From: Basidiobolus meristosporus CBS 931.73
Lineage: Eukaryota; Fungi; Basidiobolomycota
Assembly (NCBI GenBank): GCA_002104905.1
Contig: MCFE01000266.1
Location: 1 to 64,000 of the forward strand
Direction of reading: 5' to 3'
Length of the DNA: 64,000 nucleotides
Each line of letters starts with the position of its first letter. Within the stretch, counting starts at the first letter, position 1. A program made the position numbers and the translations under genes. Below are positions 58,801-64,000 of the stretch, piece after piece. The notes beneath the pieces were generated by a model. That model was not told the origin of the DNA and ran no database searches. It was given only the letters and a program-made list of their open reading frames with translations.

Positions 58801-59456
58801 TTGGAGCGGACGGAGTGCGTCAACAGGCAGCATCACATCAAACTCAGCCAAGGGCCATCTCAATGCGTCAAGTCATGCCTGTATGTGCTGTTTTGCCTGA
58901 CCATCAGCAAGTTACTTCTGGTGAGCTGACTGATGATGACCAACATGAAGTGCCTAAACCACCATAGCCCTTGGCAAGTAAAAGAACGTGTCAGTGCATG
59001 GCACTCCAGGCCAGTTCAGTTGGCTCAGTTGGAGCAATTCAGCATGGCCAAGCTGCAGCATTGCACTCATCTACTAGGAGGCAAAATACTGACTACAAAT
59101 ACACAAGTAGCCAAGATGATAGTCAGCCAGGAAGTAGTATAGGTGTGCAAAGTGAGTCACTACCAAATGCTTCAGTAGTAATCTCTGTAAGAAAAAAAAC
59201 CCAGTAGAAGATGATGCAATAGCTTTGAATTGCTATTATTTGTAATGATCCCAACAACCCATTTTTTTGCAATCCAAATCAAGCCATTGCAAATCAGTGA
59301 TCATCATATTTTTGATATAAGTGAAATCAAGGTCATCTCACATTTGAGACAGAACCCCTATAAATAAACACCCTGCATATATATACATCATCTGTAATAT
59401 CAGTGCAGCTATTGGATCTGTTTTGCACCTACCCATTTGCTTGCGTGCTAGCTATG
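55818..59456 (-). mobile_element. PHIS (Pangu-like) copy 3: transposase deleted internally, ORF2 split by a solo LTR, right end lost
   Basis: Starts AGATTTGTTCC after AAT; ~350-bp deletion at ~56205; homology to copy 1 stops at ...GCTAGCTATG (~59456). Confidence 0.9.
57657..58726. mobile_element. Solo LTR (family 3, 1,070 bp) inside PHIS ORF2
   Basis: TGTAGTGGG...CACCACCACA; flanks GCCT/GCGT; the empty site AACGCGCGTTGGG is seen at ~61785-61797. Confidence 0.88.
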
Positions 59457-59785
59457 GATCCCATTTGGAGACCATCAAAAACCAGAAGCTTGGAATTAGT
59501 GACCCTCTTGGCAATCTTATGAGAGGATCACAATGGCATTTTGCTAATTTTACTCTCAAAAAAGTTATTAAACTTGACAGGGATTAATGGTGCTGTGAGA
59601 ATAGACTTGTTCCGTTGGATAGTGCCACATAGTGCCAGCCTGTTTATGGTGCCGGATTGATCTGGCACTCTATGGCACCATCTGGCACTATAATTTCTAC
59701 CATGATGCCAGTGGTATGATACAGTTACTGGTAATTTTACTCAATCTTACTTATGTTGCTCAGAATAGTGCTTTCCTTGCTTTAT

Positions 59786-60670
59786 TTACTCTTCATAATG
59801 CTCCAGACACATTTCTCTCAGTGGATGTCTTCTTGTATGAACATACTCTGCATTAATAAGTATCTTAACTATTTTACCTATCCTGCGGTTTTCACCTATA
59901 TATGACTTTCCTCTGTATTTACCTGCCAATATGCTGAATCTCTTCAGATATCCAAATGTGTGCTCTACCCTCACTCTGAAATGATTAAATATCGCATTGT
60001 AGAGCTTCTGCTTCCTGCAAAGCACACCATTCCTTGGCTTCCTATAAGCTGTAATACATTGTAATCTCTGACAATCCTCTCCTATATAGGCTAAGTCTGC
60101 CATACATTTCTCCCCTCTACTGAATTCAGGATGATTCTCTACCCAGAGTGCTTTGTCATGCCTACTTCCAGCAAATGGCCCACTAAACCAGATGATGTTA
60201 CCCTCAATGTCAGACAGTGCTTGAAACTTTACACAGTGTGCCTTGTACTTGCCAGAATAAAAGTGCCGCTGCCCTCTAGAAGGTCTGTTAATCCTCACTG
60301 GGAAGGTATCCAAAATACTCCTGATATGGAACCTGTTGCTGAACACTCTGGGATATGGAAGTCTATTGGAGCTTCTGAACCTAGTATTCCAAGCTTGCTC
60401 TAAGTCATTCATACCCTCTGCAAGGTGGTTCTCCATTGCTGTCAGCTGGGAATGAAAGCTTCTAGGACTTTTGTTGCCATGGATGGTGGGATGAAACCTT
60501 GTAGGGCAATAGTTCTTGTAATAGCAGAGAAGCTTAACAAGGGATCTCCTTGAGTAGATTGGGGTTGATGGTCCACAGTACTTGGTATAGATCTCCTCCA
60601 GTGTGTCAAAAGGAAATCCAGTGGTAGTGATGGGATTGATGAGAAAAGACCATTCAGATGAGTAAGTCAT
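59786..60670 (-). CDS. DDE transposase, IS5/Harbinger-like (DDE_Tnp_4 type), 294 aa
   Basis: ILDTFPVRINRP...YSGKYKAHCVKFQ...GSRHD...MADLAYIG...KLYNAIFNHFRVRVEHTFGYLKRF carries the characteristic D, D and E blocks. Confidence 0.9.
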   Translation of the reverse strand: MTYSSEWSFLINPITTTGFPFDTLEEIYTKYCGPSTPIYSRRSLVKLLCYYKNYCPTRFHPTIHGNKSPRSFHSQLTAMENHLAEGMNDLEQAWNTRFRSSNRLPYPRVFSNRFHIRSILDTFPVRINRPSRGQRHFYSGKYKAHCVKFQALSDIEGNIIWFSGPFAGSRHDKALWVENHPEFSRGEKCMADLAYIGEDCQRLQCITAYRKPRNGVLCRKQKLYNAIFNHFRVRVEHTFGYLKRFSILAGKYRGKSYIGENRRIGKIVKILINAEYVHTRRHPLREMCLEHYEE

Positions 60671-61029
60671 ATTAAAGTTGATGGATGATTGTATGAAGGC
60701 GGTTTGAATTGATTCGGCGCGATCTGCGTTATTTATCTGATTTTTAACACATTATAGTTAAATCTCCATCAATTGCCATGTATCCCATCATTATGTCGCA
60801 AAAATCATCCGCAAACAATGCCTTGGTACTTTTATTGATGCTTTAATCATAGGTCTATAATCAAATAGGAAATCTGCGATTGATGTGATCTGATCCGTGT
60901 CAACGCGATCCAAGACGCATCATGCATAATATATGGAAAATTCAACAATCACATTAGTTTTCATATGTATTTCATATAAGACCAGGTTGATGCCAATATA
61001 CTGCTGTATAAGTATCCAAATCCGTTGCT

Positions 61030-62346
61030 ATGGTCCCCATACCAAGCCTCAACTCATCTTTAGTACAACCCAGACAAAACCCATCCCCCAGCTCACAAGC
61101 GCGGTCCGGACCGGAAAAGTCAATGTTGGATCCATTCGAGTTCTTGCCAAATGATTTTAGTATGGCCCAAGTGTCTATGATGAGCCTTCATACAGATATT
61201 TGGGCACTACTGATTAATCTAGCGGAACTAGATACCTCAGAGAGTCAACAAAGATGGAAGAATTTGAGTAGAAAGCTGTGGCATGAGTTCTACATCAAGA
61301 TGCCAGCCAATGTATGTAAAAAGATATATAACAAGACAAGTATTGAAATCAAGAATGAGCTGAGAGTGAGGGGATTTGACAAAGAAGCCGCGGGGGAACA
61401 ATTTTGCACGCAATTTGCACAGTACGGGCCGGACGCGTCCGTTTGTGCCTCAACTTTGGGAACCAAAGAGATTTTGAATGAGTTTTTGCCTCAAATGACT
61501 AATGTACTACATGATATATTAGTAGAGCTAAGTGGCTTCCAAGAGCAATATACACAGGACTCATCCAGGCAACAGCTCCAAAGTATCAGACAGAGGGTAA
61601 GTGAATGCCTTGAGGAATCAGATGGTGAGCTTCAGGAGGAAGAATACAGACCACAAGCAACATTGTCCAGATCGCGCCAGCACGCCTTGCTGGATTCCCT
61701 ACCATCTCTTGCAACCACAGCGCGCCAGCGCACGTCAGTCCAGGCCACGCCAACACCCTTTACCAGAACGCCCCGCATCAAGTCAACGCGCGTTGGGTCA
61801 ACGCGCGCGCTTCAGAGCAAAACTACAAGAACTTGCCAAACTGCTCATTTAGACACAAGTCCATTGGAGTGGACCAAGTTGCGTCAGCATGCGGCATCAC
61901 ATCAAACTCAGCCAAGGGCCATCTCAATGCGTCAAGGCGCGCCTGTGCGTGCCGTTTTGCCCAACCATCAGCGAGTTACTTCTGGTGAACTGACTGATGA
62001 TGACCAACATGAAGTGCCTCAACCACCAGAGCCCTTGGCAAGTAAAAGAACGCGTCAGCACGTGGCACTACAGGCCGGTTCAGTTGGTTCAGTCGGAGCA
62101 ATTCAGCGCGGCCAAGCTGCAGCATTGCACTCATCAACTAGGAGGCAAAATACTGACTACAAATACACAAGTAGCCAAGATGATAGTCAGCCAGGAAGTA
62201 GTATAGGTATGCAAAGTGAGTCACTACCAAATGCTTCAGCAGTAATCCCTGTGAGAAAAAAACCCAGGAGAAGAAGATGCAATCGCTTTGAATTGCTCAC
62301 ATTTGTAATGATCCCGACAACCCTTTTTTTTTGCGATCCGAATTGA
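61030..62346 (+). CDS. PHIS accessory protein ORF2 (438 aa); possible Myb/SANT-trihelix-like N-terminal domain, low-complexity C-terminus, basic tail
   Basis: Long open frame lying inside the TIRs and conserved in three copies; W...SQQRWKNLSRKLW motif; RKKPRRRR near the C-terminus. The domain call is by motif resemblance only. Confidence 0.7.
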   Translation: MVPIPSLNSSLVQPRQNPSPSSQARSGPEKSMLDPFEFLPNDFSMAQVSMMSLHTDIWALLINLAELDTSESQQRWKNLSRKLWHEFYIKMPANVCKKIYNKTSIEIKNELRVRGFDKEAAGEQFCTQFAQYGPDASVCASTLGTKEILNEFLPQMTNVLHDILVELSGFQEQYTQDSSRQQLQSIRQRVSECLEESDGELQEEEYRPQATLSRSRQHALLDSLPSLATTARQRTSVQATPTPFTRTPRIKSTRVGSTRALQSKTTRTCQTAHLDTSPLEWTKLRQHAASHQTQPRAISMRQGAPVRAVLPNHQRVTSGELTDDDQHEVPQPPEPLASKRTRQHVALQAGSVGSVGAIQRGQAAALHSSTRRQNTDYKYTSSQDDSQPGSSIGMQSESLPNASAVIPVRKKPRRRRCNRFELLTFVMIPTTLFFCDPN

Positions 62347-63022
62347 GCCATTGCAAATCAGTGATCATCAAATTTTTGATATAAGTAATATCAAGGTTGT
62401 CTCACATTTGAGACAGAACCCTATAAATAAACACCCTGCATATATATACGTCATCTGTAATACCGGTGCAGCAATTGGATCTGTTTCGCACCTACACAAT
62501 CGCTTGCGTGCTAGCTATGACACCTAGCCCAATCACTAGGATCAGGGATTTACTTGCTCAATGGGCAAAATGGGATATTTGATGGCAAATCAGGTAGCTT
62601 TTTCAGTAGTCAATGAGCCAATTGGGGGCTGCCAGCTTCAGGATACTTTTGGACCAATTAACCACTGAGATACCGTCCAATTGGAGTGAGGGTAACCAAA
62701 ATGGTAAGTATCAGTGTAGTTTATAGTGTGATACACATTTATTTCCATTTACATTAAAGAAACATATCCAAATACCAGATTTTACCTGCCATTATAGCGG
62801 TATCCAATTGTGCACGTGATGCAAACATTACAAGTTGGCGCGATCATCCGTGCCATCCTCATCATGTCAGATTGTGCCATAGTGTGCGAGATCGTCCCGC
62901 ATAGTGCGAAATCTTCCAAGAACAATCCTGCCTTCTGGTAGCTATGATATTGCGCCCAATCGTTCTTTGCAACCGCGGATTGCGCCACGTGCCCTGGCAC
63001 AGTACGATGGAACAAGTCTAAT

Positions 63023-64000
63023 AATTGATTGGCATTGTTGCAGTCTTGATGTGCTCTACAACTATTTTAAATTGATCTAACCACCCAGGACATCCAATTG
63101 CCTTTATGGCAAAAAACCTGACAATATTTTGATGGCCTCACGCAAGTCTCAGATGGCATTATCACAGCAGTATGGTGGCCTACAGCTAGTGCTGTATAAT
63201 GCTACCATAGCAATTTACCAAATGGTATTTCCTTTTTCTACCTCACCTTGTGCAATTCATATATTCCACTGTAGAACCACCCCTCTTTATTTGCTTACAC
63301 ACTACTACCTTGGGTACTCCACATATAGTTTAAATGAAAAAAACTATGGCCTCCTGCTTACCAACCTCAGCAAATGCACATACCTGCTGCAATTCACATA
63401 CTTATATCACCTCATCTTGACAGCTTTTTAGTGATACTTGCCAAGTTGCCATATACCTTGTACTGCTGGTAACATATACATCTTGCAAACATATGCTTGG
63501 TTATTGCTGCTTCTGTCATGAATACCTCCTGAATATCCACCAACAACTTCTTGGTATTTAGCAAATATATTCCTTCTCCCTGCTGGATTCTAATCCCCCT
63601 TATAGGTGCACTCTTGCTCTTGTTTGTGCAAATTCTGCATTGAATGGTGTAGAAGTTGGCTTGTGATCATGAGAGATATGGCACACCTTGGTAGAGTTTT
63701 CCTAGTAGAAATTAGTTGCTTGTTGCACCCAACCCAACTTTGCATAACTTAACTGATTCCCACACATCTAAGCTGCTTAGCTTCTGAATGCCATAGGCAT
63801 AGGTGTCTCCATGTGAACATCTGTCCTTAGTATTTTCCAACTATTCCTGGCTGTCCTCCATGTGCCAACTCATCACATCCATGATGGATTTGAAGGTAAT
63901 ATTCTGGATGAGCTTGGGATGTGGTAGTATCTGCAACTTGACTCAACTTCCTACCTCCCCACACATTTGCTCCATAGGAAACTCCCACAAGATGAAGCAA
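63023..64000 (-). pseudogene. Tnp2/DUF4218 relic C-terminus and 3' region, continuing beyond the window
   Basis: Minus strand at 64000-63850 reads ...WEFPMEQMCGEVG...NITFKSIMDVMSWHMEDSQE; homologous to 6720-7540. Confidence 0.7.

Larger units (their letters stand above)
59603..63019 (-). mobile_element. Complete two-gene PHIS-superfamily DNA transposon, Pangu-like (3,417 bp)
   Basis: 11-bp terminal inverted repeat AGACTTGTTCC; 3-bp TSD AAT (59600-59602 / 63020-63022); subterminal GTGCCA/TGGCAC repeats; two open, divergently oriented ORFs. Rejoined flanks resemble the reverse complement of ~43700-43900. Confidence 0.93.

Noticed and set aside
55818-63019. PHIS copies 3 and 1 as one composite transposon flanked by AAT
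   Set aside because: Sequence left of 55818 does not continue after 63019, whereas 59457-59602 does join 63023 onward. Copy 1 is an independent insertion and the AAT match is expected from an ANT target.
63129-63431. 100-aa hydrophobic ORF as a host gene
   Set aside because: It lies antisense within the repeated Tnp2 3' region, and the homologous segments (48533-48800, 7250-7540) are not open.

Overview
This 64-kb window is eukaryotic, probably fungal (not provable from the sequence), and consists almost entirely of nested transposable elements. I found no host gene, RNA gene or CRISPR array. The oldest layer is a set of fragmented CMC/EnSpm (CACTA-like, Tnp2/DUF4218-type) transposase relics in both orientations. 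Inserted into them are: (i) six or seven copies of one compact Ty3/Gypsy family (368-369-bp LTR, 4-bp TSD), including one intact 4,938-bp element with apparently identical LTRs and a single 1,377-aa gag-pol ORF, and a 9.5-kb head-to-tail dimer sharing a central LTR; (ii) two copies of a Ty1/Copia family with a half-tRNA-iMet PBS whose junctions fall at almost the same position of the Tnp2 gene, plus a relic of a second Copia family; (iii) solo LTRs of two further families, one carrying a variable TAAAGGGG array; (iv) three copies of a two-gene PHIS (Harbinger-related) DNA transposon with 5'-ANT-3' target duplications, consistent with the Pangu group, one of them with both ORFs open, and a 733-bp palindromic non-autonomous derivative. 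Comparing copies shows strong CpG-to-TpG/CpA decay, which implies CpG methylation of repeats. Coordinates were counted by hand. Boundaries of young elements should be exact or nearly so, and those of old relics are approximate.
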